The position numbers were made by a program, and so were the translations under genes. Shown piece by piece: positions 1 through 12,683 of a stretch of DNA of 64,000 nt. The first letter of the stretch is position 1. Each line of letters begins with the position of its first letter. Below the pieces are notes generated by a model. The model was not told the DNA's origin, did not search any database, and saw only the letters and a program-made list of their open reading frames with translations. This stretch comes from an uncultured Victivallales bacterium. GTDB taxonomy: Bacteria; Verrucomicrobiota; Lentisphaeria; Victivallales; UBA1829. The DNA lies in NCBI GenBank assembly GCA_944390795.1, contig CALXRI010000010.1, positions 537-64,536 on the forward strand, in the 5' to 3' direction.

Positions 1-1
1 C

Positions 2-1006
2 GAAAAGGAGCCCGCCGTCACCGCCCACATGCAGACACGCATTCTGGCGGTTCTGGCGTGCGACTGGAGCATTCAGGGAGACGATGCCGCGCATGTTGCC
101 GAAGTCCGTTCTATTTTTGAAAAGGCGCGGATTCATGCGCTGATGAGGCATCTGCTGGATGCGCTGGCTCTCGGCTACTCCGGCGCGGCGCTCATCTGGG
201 GGGAAGGCGGCAGGGATATCTCCGCATTCCGGAAGATTGATCCGTCGAACTGGCAGTTTGATCCCGGCGGCAATCCGGCGCTGCTGACGCTCTCCGGCAG
301 AATCCGTCCCCTTGCGGAATACCATCCGAACCAGTTTGTGCTGCATACGCACAAACTGCAGTCCGGTCCCTGTTCCCGCGGCGGCCTGCTCCGCCCCCTG
401 GTCTGGCTCTACTTTTTCAAGCATTACGCGATGCGGGACCGGGCACGCTATCTGGAAAAATTCGGAATTCCGTTCATTATTGCGAAGATCCGGAATGACG
501 ATTTTGAAGATGAGAGCGTCCGGACCTCGATTCTCCAGTCCCTGGCGAAAATCGGATCGGACGGGACGGGGGTGGTGACGGATGGTTCCGAGCTGCAGGT
601 TCTGAATTCCTCCAGTTCCGCCAGTTCCGATTATCAGTCCTGGATGGATTATATTGATAAATTGTTTGCCATGCTCATTCTCGGGCAGACCGCTTCCAGC
701 GGAAGCGCCTCGGGGTTCAGCCGGGGACAGATTCAGGAAAATGTCCGGTGCGACATCCTCGAAGCCGACTGCCGGAATCTCATGGAGACAATCAATACGC
801 AGATTCTCGCCCCTCTGGAGCGTTTCCGCTACGGCACGGAAGGCACGCTAACATTCAAACTTGACTATGCCTCTCCGGAAAACCTGACGGAAAAGGCACA
901 GATCGTTAAAATTCTCGCGGAAAGCGGATTCTCCCCGGACCGCGCATGGGTCGAGAAAACCTTCTGCATCAAACTGGATCAATCCGCATCCGGAAAGGAG
1001 CAATAA
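2..1006 (+). CDS. Mu-like phage portal protein (gp29/DUF935 family), C-terminal part; the 5' end lies outside the window
   Basis: The frame is open from base 2, with no stop before the first ATG at 29. Blocks RGGLLRPLVWLYFFK, YLEKFGIPFIIAK and LILGQTASSGSASG fit my memory of DUF935 portals. It sits directly upstream of Mu-type protease and gpT capsid genes. Confidence 0.75.
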   Translation, partial: EKEPAVTAHMQTRILAVLACDWSIQGDDAAHVAEVRSIFEKARIHALMRHLLDALALGYSGAALIWGEGGRDISAFRKIDPSNWQFDPGGNPALLTLSGRIRPLAEYHPNQFVLHTHKLQSGPCSRGGLLRPLVWLYFFKHYAMRDRARYLEKFGIPFIIAKIRNDDFEDESVRTSILQSLAKIGSDGTGVVTDGSELQVLNSSSSASSDYQSWMDYIDKLFAMLILGQTASSGSASGFSRGQIQENVRCDILEADCRNLMETINTQILAPLERFRYGTEGTLTFKLDYASPENLTEKAQIVKILAESGFSPDRAWVEKTFCIKLDQSASGKEQ

Positions 1007-1008
1007 CC

Positions 1009-2028
1009 ATGAAACACAGCAGACTTGCATTTTGTGACGGTGTGTCCCCTGTTACGGACACCCATCTTCGAACCCTTCCCGAATCCCTGCTTCTGATCCG
1101 TTATGGGAAAACCGCCTTCACCAAGGGAGGTGTGCGCGGTGAATTCGAATTCACGGAGGCGGATGCCGATGCCGTCATACAGGAGTTTGCCTCGCGGGGA
1201 CGCGATCTTGTCATTGATTTTGAGCACCAGAGCCTCTCCTCCGGCAAAGCTCCGGCGGCGGGCTGGATCGGCGAACTCCGCAAGAGCGCGGAGGGACTTT
1301 GCGCAAAAGTCAAATACTGGACGCGCGAAGCTGAAAAATATCTGCTCAACGGCGAATACCGTTATTTCTCTCCGACACTCTATTTCTCCCGAAGCGGGAA
1401 AAAAGTGTCGGCGATTCACTCGGTGGCTCTGACGAACCATCCCGCGATGCACGGGATTCCGGCCCTTGCGGCCGACGACCTCGATTCCGCGGCGCATGAC
1501 GCAAGTGAAGAGCCGCGGCAATCATACAACAACGAAAGGAAAAACACAACCATGAATGAGATTCTGGAAAAACTCGGTCTTCTTTCCCTTGCGGACACGG
1601 ATCCTCAGGAACAGCGGAAGGCCGTTCTGGAAAGAATCGACGCGTTGAACACCGACGCGAAGAAACTTGCGACATTTCTCCAGCTCAACGAACTGGAATC
1701 GCTTGATGCCGCCGAAGAGAAGCTTCTGCTTCTTGCGGCGCACGAGGCGGATGAGGCGGTCCGGGCGGCTTTTGCCGAAGGAAAGCTCACGGAAAGCATG
1801 CGCTCCTGGGCGCAGGACTTCGCAAGAAACGATCTCGCGGCGTTCCGGACATGGAACAATGCCGCTCCGCGGATCATCCCCGACAACGGCGATACCGATG
1901 ACGCGCCTCGCCATGAAGAGGACCCGGATGGATCCCTTACGCCGGAAGAAGCGAAAATCGCTTCTCTTCTCGGACTGACGGAACCCCAGCGCAAGGCAAT
2001 CAGAAAAATGAAAGGAAACTGCCGATGA
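1009..2028 (+). CDS. Mu-like prophage protease/scaffold protein (gpI family)
   Basis: FEHQS, AAGWIGEL, EYRYFSPTL and ALTNHPAM motifs are typical of the Mu-like prophage I protein. I chose the ATG at 1009, 2 nt after the portal stop, over the ORF-track start at 946, which overlaps the portal gene. The C-terminal half is acidic and coiled-coil, like a scaffold. Confidence 0.8.
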   Translation: MKHSRLAFCDGVSPVTDTHLRTLPESLLLIRYGKTAFTKGGVRGEFEFTEADADAVIQEFASRGRDLVIDFEHQSLSSGKAPAAGWIGELRKSAEGLCAKVKYWTREAEKYLLNGEYRYFSPTLYFSRSGKKVSAIHSVALTNHPAMHGIPALAADDLDSAAHDASEEPRQSYNNERKNTTMNEILEKLGLLSLADTDPQEQRKAVLERIDALNTDAKKLATFLQLNELESLDAAEEKLLLLAAHEADEAVRAAFAEGKLTESMRSWAQDFARNDLAAFRTWNNAAPRIIPDNGDTDDAPRHEEDPDGSLTPEEAKIASLLGLTEPQRKAIRKMKGNCR

Positions 2029-2447
2029 CTGCTCTCTCCAATGCACGAAACACCACGGAAATTCTCTGCCATACCCAGAAACTGCACCGCACGCGTCCTC
2101 TCCGCTCCGGCGTGAAAATCTATACCGGCTCCATTGTCGCGCTCAACGGCACGACCAATGAAGCGGAACCGGCCGCCGATGCCGCGAACCTCATCGTCAT
2201 CGGTCGTGCCGAAGGCTTCACCGCCGACGGACGCGTGATTGCCAAGAGCGGCGTTTTCAAGTTTGACAATGCCGCCGGCGAAGACGAAAAGCTCACGGCT
2301 GCCGACATTAACAAGGCGGTCTACATCATCGACGATCATACGGTTGGAAAGGTCGGCGGAACCAATCGCATTCGTGCCGGCGTCCTTCGCGAAATTGATG
2401 CGGATTCGCAGGTCGTCATTGAAATCGGCAATCAGGTCGTCGGATAA
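2025..2447 (+). CDS. Small phage head-associated protein (possibly decoration or DUF2190-like); function not assigned
   Basis: ATGA overlap with the protease stop indicates translational coupling, and AAAGGAAA lies 7 nt upstream. It sits between the protease and capsid genes. I recall no diagnostic motif, so the family call is weak. Confidence 0.45.
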   Translation: MTALSNARNTTEILCHTQKLHRTRPLRSGVKIYTGSIVALNGTTNEAEPAADAANLIVIGRAEGFTADGRVIAKSGVFKFDNAAGEDEKLTAADINKAVYIIDDHTVGKVGGTNRIRAGVLREIDADSQVVIEIGNQVVG

Positions 2448-2467
2448 CGAAAACAGGAGATGCAAAG

Positions 2468-3373
2468 ATGGATATCAGCAGAAAAAACATGGATTTCCTT
2501 TTCAAGAGCTTCAACATGAATTTTGCTTCCGGGATTGAGCGCGTTCCCGATTCCTGGCAGAAATTCTGCGGCACGATTCAGTCCGCTGCGGCCGCGAACG
2601 TCTATCCTTTCCTGGAACAGTTCGGCGGAATGCGCGAATGGATCGGCGAACGGCAGCTCAAGAACGTCGCCACGCGGAAAATCGAGGTCGTCAACCGCGA
2701 CTTCGAGGATACTGTCATCATTCCGCGCAATGACATTGAGGACGATCAGTACGGCATCTACTCCACGCTGATCGCGCAACTGGGCTACAATGCCGGAAAA
2801 ATCTGGCAGGATCTTGCCGTCGAGGCCCTTGTGTCGAATCCCTCCTGGATCGATGACAAGGCGTTTTTCACGGAAGACCGCGTCTACGGCGACTGTCCGG
2901 TTGTCAACAACACTGCGGAGGAACTCTCTGCCGAAGCCTATGCCGCGGCGCGCCGCAGCATGATGGAGTATCGCGGACACAACGGAAGAAACCTCGGGAT
3001 TGTTCCGAATCTTCTGATCGTGGGGCCCCGGAACGAGGCCGCCGCCTTCGCGATTCTCAAGGACCGCCTCCAGCTCCGGGAACTTTCCGCAGGGGTCGGC
3101 GCAACTGACAATCCGTGGAACGGAAGCGCGGAGCTTCTTGTGCTTCCTGAACTTTCCGGCGATTCGGAGAATCTCTGGTTCCTTGCCGCCGCAGACGGGA
3201 TTCTCAAGCCGCTTTTCGTTCAGCAGAGAAAGCAGCCCGCGCTGGTCTGTCTCGACGGCGAGAATGATGAAAACGTTTTCTGCCGCAGGGAATACATCTA
3301 CGGCGCCGATGCGCGCGGCGAAGCGTTCCTCGCGTTTCCGCACCTGATCTTCCGGGGCGGCGCGGCGGCATAA
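2468..3373 (+). CDS. Mu-like major head subunit (gpT family)
   Basis: A 301-aa protein with N-terminal FKSFNMNF..G, PFLEQFGGMREWIGER, VNRDFE and a late LPELSGDSENLWFL block, which fits my memory of Mu-like_gpT proteins. AGGAGA lies 7 nt upstream, and a strong terminator follows. Confidence 0.8.
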   Translation: MDISRKNMDFLFKSFNMNFASGIERVPDSWQKFCGTIQSAAAANVYPFLEQFGGMREWIGERQLKNVATRKIEVVNRDFEDTVIIPRNDIEDDQYGIYSTLIAQLGYNAGKIWQDLAVEALVSNPSWIDDKAFFTEDRVYGDCPVVNNTAEELSAEAYAAARRSMMEYRGHNGRNLGIVPNLLIVGPRNEAAAFAILKDRLQLRELSAGVGATDNPWNGSAELLVLPELSGDSENLWFLAAADGILKPLFVQQRKQPALVCLDGENDENVFCRREYIYGADARGEAFLAFPHLIFRGGAAA

Positions 3374-3389
3374 CGCGTCCCTTGCCACG

Positions 3390-3439
3390 GGAAGCGGAAG
3401 AGGAGACTGCTCCAGGCTCTCTTCTCCGCTTCCTTTTTT
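3390..3439 (+). terminator. Rho-independent terminator after the capsid gene
   Basis: GGAAGCGGA(A)GAGGAGA pairs with TCTCTTC/TCCGCTTCC, giving about 16 bp with one bulge and one G-U and an 11-nt loop, followed by T6 at 3434-3439. A second small hairpin, CCCTGAT-N7-ATCAGGG, lies at 3448-3468. Confidence 0.7.
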
Positions 3440-3493
3440 CATCCTTTCCCTGATCTTCCTCATCAGGGAGAGCGTTTCAAAAAGGAAACTCTT

Positions 3494-3916
3494 ATGGGAA
3501 AATACACTTCTTTTGAACTTTTCCGGGAAAGGGTCACTGCCGGCAGACTGGCGAACCTGGCGAATGTCCCGGAAGAGGAGCTCGAAGGGCTTGTCGAGGG
3601 GATTCTCTCCCGCGCCGAGGCGGTTGTGGAAAGTTTCGCCGCTGTCCGCTATGCGTTTCCGCTGCCGCAGGATGAGATGGTCGCGGAGTGGACGCTCCGG
3701 ATCGCCGAGTATGAACTTTACAAACGCGGCCCCGGAACCAATGTCCCCGCAAAGATCAAAGATTCCTACAACGACACGATGGAGCGTCTTGCCGATCTTT
3801 CCGCCGGGCGGCTCCAGCTGGCGACGGGACCGCTTCCCGCCTCAAGCGGCGGAATGTCCGTCGATGTCCCGGGAATGGAGCGGCATTTCGATCCGGAGAA
3901 TATGCGTTTTTACTGA
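3494..3916 (+). CDS. Mu gp36-like head-tail connector candidate (DUF1320 family)
   Basis: The 140-aa size, its position after the capsid gene, and the blocks FAAVRYAFPL, EYELYKRG and DSYNDTMERL..L..G fit DUF1320 proteins as I remember them. Confidence 0.65.
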   Translation: MGKYTSFELFRERVTAGRLANLANVPEEELEGLVEGILSRAEAVVESFAAVRYAFPLPQDEMVAEWTLRIAEYELYKRGPGTNVPAKIKDSYNDTMERLADLSAGRLQLATGPLPASSGGMSVDVPGMERHFDPENMRFY

Positions 3917-3993
3917 CCCCCCCGTTGAAGCGCGCCCCCTGTTCCGGCATCCATGCGCCGCTCATTGTCGGAGAAAACATGCTCGTCCTGCTG

Positions 3994-4722
3994 TCAGAAT
4001 GGAAACAGAGGCGCTTCCGTCATTCCGGACTGCCGCTCTTCCACTCCCCAGCGGATTTCCTCTTCTCCCAGCTCGCGCAGACGTGCGTTGACTGCGGAGA
4101 AGGGGCGGCTTCCGAAAAAACCGCGGTAAGCCGAGAGCGGCGACGGGTGCGCGGAGGCGAGGACGGTATGCCTGGTCCGGTCGATGAGCGATGCCTTCTT
4201 CTGCGCCGGATCGCCCCAGAGAACAAAAACAAGGGGCCGCTCAAAACCGCTGACGGCCCGGATGACGGCATCCGTGAATGTTTCCCACCCGCGTCTCTTA
4301 TGGGAATTCGCCGCATGGGCGCGGACGGTCAGAACCGTATTGAGAAGAAAAACCCCCTGCGAGGCCCAGCGCTCCAGCGAGCCGCTTTCAGGAACCGGCA
4401 CCCCCAGATCGTCATGCAGCTCCCGGAAGATGTTGCGCAGCGAAGGCGGCAGCCGCACGCCGGGACGGACGGAAAATGCAAGCCCGTGCGCCTGACCTTT
4501 TTCATGATAGGGGTCCTGTCCGAGAATCACGACCTTCAGACGTTCCGGAGGGGTGAGACGGAACGCGGAAAACAGGTCGTCCGGAGGCGGGAAAACCTCC
4601 TGGGAGCCGTATTCCCTTTCCAGAAACGTTTCCAGCTGACGAAAGGAATCCGTCCGCAGCGCATCCTGAAGCACCGACTGCCATCGGGGGGGGAGAAGTT
4701 TCGCCAGATCCATGTGTTTCAT
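3994..4722 (-). CDS. ung: Uracil-DNA glycosylase
   Basis: Family-1 UDG signatures are present: VVILGQDPYH, GVFLLNTVLTV and AHPSPLSAYRGFFG. The length is about 240 aa. Confidence 0.9.
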   Translation of the reverse strand: MKHMDLAKLLPPRWQSVLQDALRTDSFRQLETFLEREYGSQEVFPPPDDLFSAFRLTPPERLKVVILGQDPYHEKGQAHGLAFSVRPGVRLPPSLRNIFRELHDDLGVPVPESGSLERWASQGVFLLNTVLTVRAHAANSHKRRGWETFTDAVIRAVSGFERPLVFVLWGDPAQKKASLIDRTRHTVLASAHPSPLSAYRGFFGSRPFSAVNARLRELGEEEIRWGVEERQSGMTEAPLFPF

Positions 4723-4759
4723 CCGTATGTCCCGTTCATGAAATTTCCAGCGGACGGAT

Positions 4760-6088
4760 TCAGTTCTTCTTCAGCATCCTGCGGCTTTTCCGATAAAGGA
4801 AGAATTTCCCGAAGCGTTCAAAGGCCGCCTTTTCCAGTTCTTCCCGATGATCCGGATGCGCGATTTCAATCAGGAGCGCGGCGCGTTCCTGAAGCGACTT
4901 CCCGTAGAGATCCACAATTCCGTATTCCGTGATGACGTAATGCACCAGATGACGCGGCGTCGTGATGCCTGCTCCCGGCGTCAGGACGGGGACGATCTTG
5001 CTTTTGCCCTTGTTCGTCTGGGAGGAGATCGCGATGATTCCCTTGCCGTTTTTCGAACGGGAGGCTCCGTAGACGAAGTCGAGCTGTCCGCCGATTCCGG
5101 AATACATGGATGTCCCGATCGAGTCGGCGGCGATCTGACCGGTCAGATCGACTTCAAGCGCGGAATTGATCGCCACGACATTGTCATTCCGTGAAATGAT
5201 GAAGGGATCGTTCGTATAGCCGATGTCCTTCATCAGCACCAGCGGATTGTCGTTGATGAAGTCATAGAACTTGCGCGACCCCATCATGAAGCTTGTGACC
5301 AGCTTGCCCGTGTCAATCTGTTTGCGTTCCCCGTTGATGATTCCGTTTTCCACAAGCGGCATCACGTTGTCGGAGAACATTTCCGTATGGATGCCGAGAT
5401 CCCGGTGACCGCCGAGCTGGGAAAGAATCGCATTCGGAATTGAGCCGATTCCCATCTGGAGACATGCGCCGTCCTCAATGAGTTCCGCGCAGTTCCGACC
5501 GATCGTGATGTCGAGCGGGCCGGACGGAGGATACAACACTTCCGGCAGGGGATGCGTCGCAATGACGGCGTAGTCGATTTTGCTGTAGGGGATCAGCGCG
5601 TCCCCGAGCGTGCGCGGGGAGGAGCTGTCGATGATCGCAATGACTTTCTTGGCCGTCATGACTGCCGAGAGCGTAATGTCCACGGAAACTCCGAGGGAAA
5701 CATAGCCGTGCCGGTCCGGCGGCGTCACCTTGATCATTGCCACGTCGCACTTGAGCCGGCCTGTGCGGAAGAGGTTCTGCGTGTCGCTCAGACCCACCGG
5801 CAGATAGTCCGCGAATCCAGCGTGGACCGCTCTGCGGTTGTTCTCTCCGACGAAAAAGAGATCGTTGACGAAGATTCCAGCATACTTCTCTTCCATATAG
5901 GGCGCCGGCCCGAAGGTCATCAGCTGGAGGATGCGGACATTTTCAAATTCATGCCGGTCGGCGCGGCGGCAGAGGGCGTCCAGAAGCGTTTCCGGCGTGT
6001 TGGCGAATCCGCTCAGATAGATCAGATCGCCGGACTTCACCACGCTTACCGCCTCGTCCGCGGTTACTGTTTTCGGAACTTTTCTCAT
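4760..6088 (-). CDS. Acetyl-CoA hydrolase/transferase family protein (4-hydroxybutyrate or butyryl-CoA:acetate CoA-transferase-like)
   Basis: GFANTPETLLDAL, LQMGIGSIPNA, SGIGGQLDF and VITEYG blocks are typical of the family. I chose the ATG at 6088 with GAGGG 6 nt upstream. Confidence 0.8.
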   Translation of the reverse strand: MRKVPKTVTADEAVSVVKSGDLIYLSGFANTPETLLDALCRRADRHEFENVRILQLMTFGPAPYMEEKYAGIFVNDLFFVGENNRRAVHAGFADYLPVGLSDTQNLFRTGRLKCDVAMIKVTPPDRHGYVSLGVSVDITLSAVMTAKKVIAIIDSSSPRTLGDALIPYSKIDYAVIATHPLPEVLYPPSGPLDITIGRNCAELIEDGACLQMGIGSIPNAILSQLGGHRDLGIHTEMFSDNVMPLVENGIINGERKQIDTGKLVTSFMMGSRKFYDFINDNPLVLMKDIGYTNDPFIISRNDNVVAINSALEVDLTGQIAADSIGTSMYSGIGGQLDFVYGASRSKNGKGIIAISSQTNKGKSKIVPVLTPGAGITTPRHLVHYVITEYGIVDLYGKSLQERAALLIEIAHPDHREELEKAAFERFGKFFLYRKSRRMLKKN

Positions 6089-6108
6089 GGAGCACCCTCG
6101 ACTGCGCA

Positions 6109-9246
<3,138 letters not shown>

Positions 9247-9393
9247 TTAAAAGATATGCCCGCATGCGGAAAATTACAAATGAATTCGGCTTTTATTTTG
9301 AATAAAAAGCCGTGCGTGCGGGGATTTTACCGGAATGCGGCCAGAAGCGTCTGCGGATTTCCGGCGTTTTTTCAAAAGAGGCGCCGCGACTGC

Positions 9394-9422
9394 TTGACAC
9401 TCCGCGGAAGAGGCGGTATACT
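9394..9422 (+). promoter_or_regulatory. Sigma70-type promoter candidate for fklB
   Basis: TTGACA (9394-9399), a 17-nt spacer, then TATACT (9417-9422), about 75 nt upstream of the fklB ATG. Confidence 0.45.
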
Positions 9423-9499
9423 ATCCGGATCACGCTGGAGCATGCGGCCGTCCATTCGGGGCGGACGGATTGCGCGGCATCGGAAAAAACGGTGGTCTT

Positions 9500-10123
9500 A
9501 TGGCGAAAACATTTGCGACGGATATGGAAAAAATGAGTTATGCGATGGGGATCAATGTCGGAGAATATGTCCTCAAATCCCCTCTTCCGCTCAAGCCCGA
9601 ACTGGTTCTGGAGGGACTCCGGGACTGTCTGGCGGGCGCTCCCGGGATTCCTCCCGAGGAATATGCGAAGGCGATGCATGAGCTTCAGACGCAGATGCAG
9701 CAGGCGGGCCAGGACCGGATGAGGAAAATGTCCGAGGGCAATGCCCGGGCTGGGAGGGAATTCCTGGAGGCCAATGCGAAAAAGGAAGGTGTGAAAACTA
9801 CCGCGAGCGGGCTTCAGTACCTGGTTCTTTCGGAAGGCTCCGGCGCAAGACCGGAACGCGGCAGCAAGGTGCGCGTGCATTATACGGGAAAACTGCTGGA
9901 CGGAACGGTGTTCGACAGTTCCGTAGAGCGCGGGCAGCCTGCGGAATTTCTCCTGACCCAGGTGATTCCCGGCTGGACCGAGGCGCTTCAGCTGATGCGC
10001 GAAGGTTCCCGATACCGCCTTTTCATTCCTGCGGATCTTGCATACGGCGAACGAGGAGCGGGCGGAGCGATTCCTCCCGGCGCCGTTCTGATTTTCGACG
10101 TGGAGCTTATCAAAGTCCTCTGA
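9500..10123 (+). CDS. fklB: FKBP-type peptidyl-prolyl cis-trans isomerase (FklB-like, cytoplasmic)
   Basis: Near-colinear with E. coli FklB as I remember it: EANAKKEGV, SGLQY, VHYTGKLLDGTVFDSS, IPGW and AYGERGAGGAIPP..L.F.VEL. No signal peptide. Confidence 0.85.
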   Translation: MAKTFATDMEKMSYAMGINVGEYVLKSPLPLKPELVLEGLRDCLAGAPGIPPEEYAKAMHELQTQMQQAGQDRMRKMSEGNARAGREFLEANAKKEGVKTTASGLQYLVLSEGSGARPERGSKVRVHYTGKLLDGTVFDSSVERGQPAEFLLTQVIPGWTEALQLMREGSRYRLFIPADLAYGERGAGGAIPPGAVLIFDVELIKVL

Positions 10124-10295
10124 GCGCATTTCCTTTTCATTAAATTTATGAGCAAAATTGTATTGCCAGCTCTGCAGAAGTGCGATTTTTTCATGAAAAA
10201 CAGCGGAATTCGCTTCCGCTTTCCGTTGCATATGACACGTTCTCATCGCATTTTTCGTGACGCCGGCATGCCACAACCTTGCCGGAGACCGTTTC

Positions 10296-12635
10296 ATGAA
10301 TAAAAGTTCGGCATTTCTGCATTATCGTGAGCCCGCGGCCTTCTGGGAGGAAGCGCTTCCCGTCGGCAACGGCAGGATCGGAGCCATGATCTATGGCGGA
10401 ACGGAAACCGAAACGATTGCTCTCAATGAGGATACGCTCTGGTCCGGACTTCCGGGACACGCATACCGTCCGGAGGTGTTTGAGAATCTCTCCCGGGCCC
10501 GCGCCATGATCCGGGAACGGCGTTTCACGGAGGCGGACGAGTTCATCTCGAAAGAGATCCTGGACTGCGATTCCCAGAGTTATCTGCCCGCCGGGACACT
10601 CCGCATCCGCTTTCATTTTGACGGCGCGGTGTCGGATTATGTGCGTTCGCTGGATCTGGAGAATGCGCTGGCGGTCACCTCGTTCCGGGCCGGCGGGACG
10701 GCATTCCTGCGTGAGTGTTTCGTCAGCCATCCCGCCCAGCTCATGGTGATCCGGATTTCCGGTGACCGGCCGGGGGCGGTTTCCCTTGATGCATTTTTTG
10801 AGTCTGAAATCCGCGGAAGTTCCGCGGGAGAAGGCGACTGCATTTTCTTCAACGGGGAGTGTCCGGTCTTCAACCGCCGCAATCGGATTGTCTGGCGGAA
10901 TTCTGAAGACCGCCCCGGAATCTGTTATCAGATGCGCCTGAAAGCGGAGTCTGCCGGAGGAAGCGTCACAGTTTTGCCCGGCGGGACTCTGCGCGTGACT
11001 GCCGCGGACAGCGTGCTGCTTCTGCTCGCGATCCGCAGCGATTTCATCGACTGGAAGACCATGCCGGGAAGCAGGGGGCCCTCCCCGGAGGAGAAATGCC
11101 TGCGGGATTTCGCCGGAGCCGCCGGACAGGACTTTGCATCCCTTCTTGCGCGGCATTCGGAAGACAACCGCTCTCTTTTCCAGCGTTCTCTCCTGCGTTT
11201 CCCCGAGAAGGAGGAGGATTTTCTCCCGACCGATTTGCGCCTGAAGGCATGTGAAAATTCCGGCGTCGTGCCCCCGAACATGGCGGCTCTTCTGTATCAC
11301 TTCGGACGTTATCTCATGATCGCCTCCTCGCGTCCCGGCACGCAGGCGACCAATCTGCAGGGGATCTGGAATCCGCTGCTCATGCCGCCCTGGGGATGCA
11401 ACTACACGACCAACATCAATACCGAAATGAACTACTGGCCGGCGGAAAGCGCGAACCTCGCGGAATGCGCCGAACCGCTGTTCCGCATGATCCGGGAATA
11501 TGCCGAGGAGGGCAGGGCGGCGGCGGAGCAGCTTTACCGCTGCCGCGGCTGGTGCCTTCATCACAACGCGGACATCTGGCGTTTCGCCTCGCTGGCGACG
11601 GGGAAGGCGCAATGGGGATTCTGGCCGGTCTGCGGAGCATGGCTCTGCCGCCACCTGTTCGAGCATTATCTCTACTCCCTTGACGAGGATTTTCTGCGCG
11701 AAGCCTATCCCGTCCTGCGCGGGTCCGCGGAGTTCCTGCTTGATTTCCTGGTGGAGGAGCCGTCAGGCACGCTGCTGACAATTCCGTCCACCTCGCCGGA
11801 AAACAGTTTCATTGATCCGGAGACGGGGACAGCGGCTTCCGTCGCGGCCGGCACCATCATGGATATGACACTGATTGAGGAAAACTTCCGGGAGGCGCTT
11901 TTCTGCATTGAGCGTCTCGGTCTGAAGGACGATCCGATCGGGCCTCGTTTGCGCGACGCGCTGCCGCGCCTGAAAAAACCGGAAACCGGTCGCGATGGAC
12001 AGCTTCTGGAGTTCGGGGAGGATTTCGAAGAATCCGATATTCACCATCGTCACCTTTCCCATCTCTACGGCGTTTATCCCGGTGCGCTGTTCACGCCGGA
12101 ACGGGGACGTGAATATTATGAGGCCGCAAAGGTTTCCCTGGAACGGCGCGGGGATCTCAGCACAGGCTGGGCGATGGGATGGCGTGTCGCATTATGGGCC
12201 CGTTTCCTCGACGGAGACCATGCCTGCCGGGTGATCCGGAATCTGCTTGCCGTCGTTGACGTGCGGCCGGACGGAGGACGTCCCTCTCATGGCGGTGTTT
12301 ACATCAATCTTTTTGACGCGCATCCGCCGTTTCAGATCGACGGCAATTTCGGAGTCGCCGCCGCGATCGCGGAAATGCTTCTGCAAAGTCATATGACAAC
12401 GGAGGACGGTCTGGCGCTTCTCCGGATTCTGCCCGCTCTTCCGTCGTCCTGGAGGGAAGGGGAGGTGTCCGGTCTTCGCGCCCGCGGCGGAATCACGGCG
12501 GACATTCACTGGACTCCCGGAATGACGGAAATTGCGCTCACCGCTTCCCGTGACGTCTCGTTTCTGCTGGATTGCCGGGGCATGCGTTCGAAAGAGAATC
12601 TCCGGGCCGGGGAAAGCAGACAGTTCCGTTTCTGA
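10296..12635 (+). CDS. Glycoside hydrolase family 95 (alpha-L-fucosidase-like)
   Basis: N-terminal [20 protein letters not shown]...LNEDTLWSG, central NLQGIWN and [15 protein letters not shown], and a late [10 protein letters not shown] block are GH95 hallmarks. The ATG at 10296 has GGAGA upstream. No signal peptide. Confidence 0.8.
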   Translation: MNKSSAFLHYREPAAFWEEALPVGNGRIGAMIYGGTETETIALNEDTLWSGLPGHAYRPEVFENLSRARAMIRERRFTEADEFISKEILDCDSQSYLPAGTLRIRFHFDGAVSDYVRSLDLENALAVTSFRAGGTAFLRECFVSHPAQLMVIRISGDRPGAVSLDAFFESEIRGSSAGEGDCIFFNGECPVFNRRNRIVWRNSEDRPGICYQMRLKAESAGGSVTVLPGGTLRVTAADSVLLLLAIRSDFIDWKTMPGSRGPSPEEKCLRDFAGAAGQDFASLLARHSEDNRSLFQRSLLRFPEKEEDFLPTDLRLKACENSGVVPPNMAALLYHFGRYLMIASSRPGTQATNLQGIWNPLLMPPWGCNYTTNINTEMNYWPAESANLAECAEPLFRMIREYAEEGRAAAEQLYRCRGWCLHHNADIWRFASLATGKAQWGFWPVCGAWLCRHLFEHYLYSLDEDFLREAYPVLRGSAEFLLDFLVEEPSGTLLTIPSTSPENSFIDPETGTAASVAAGTIMDMTLIEENFREALFCIERLGLKDDPIGPRLRDALPRLKKPETGRDGQLLEFGEDFEESDIHHRHLSHLYGVYPGALFTPERGREYYEAAKVSLERRGDLSTGWAMGWRVALWARFLDGDHACRVIRNLLAVVDVRPDGGRPSHGGVYINLFDAHPPFQIDGNFGVAAAIAEMLLQSHMTTEDGLALLRILPALPSSWREGEVSGLRARGGITADIHWTPGMTEIALTASRDVSFLLDCRGMRSKENLRAGESRQFRF

Positions 12636-12683
12636 ATCCGCCTGTGTTTTTTTTCATCGGGTTGCCGGTGAGAACGGCGGAAA

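Noticed and set aside
946-1008. The upstream extension of the phage protease ORF (ORF-track start at 946).
   Set aside because: It overlaps the end of the portal gene in another frame. The ATG at 1009 directly follows the portal stop, which gives a typical phage gene junction.
3925-4932. A 335-aa + strand ORF starting just after the phage module, which might have been a further phage gene (a missing tail or gp37-like function).
   Set aside because: It is antisense to ung over most of its length and has no phage-like motifs. The ung call is secure.
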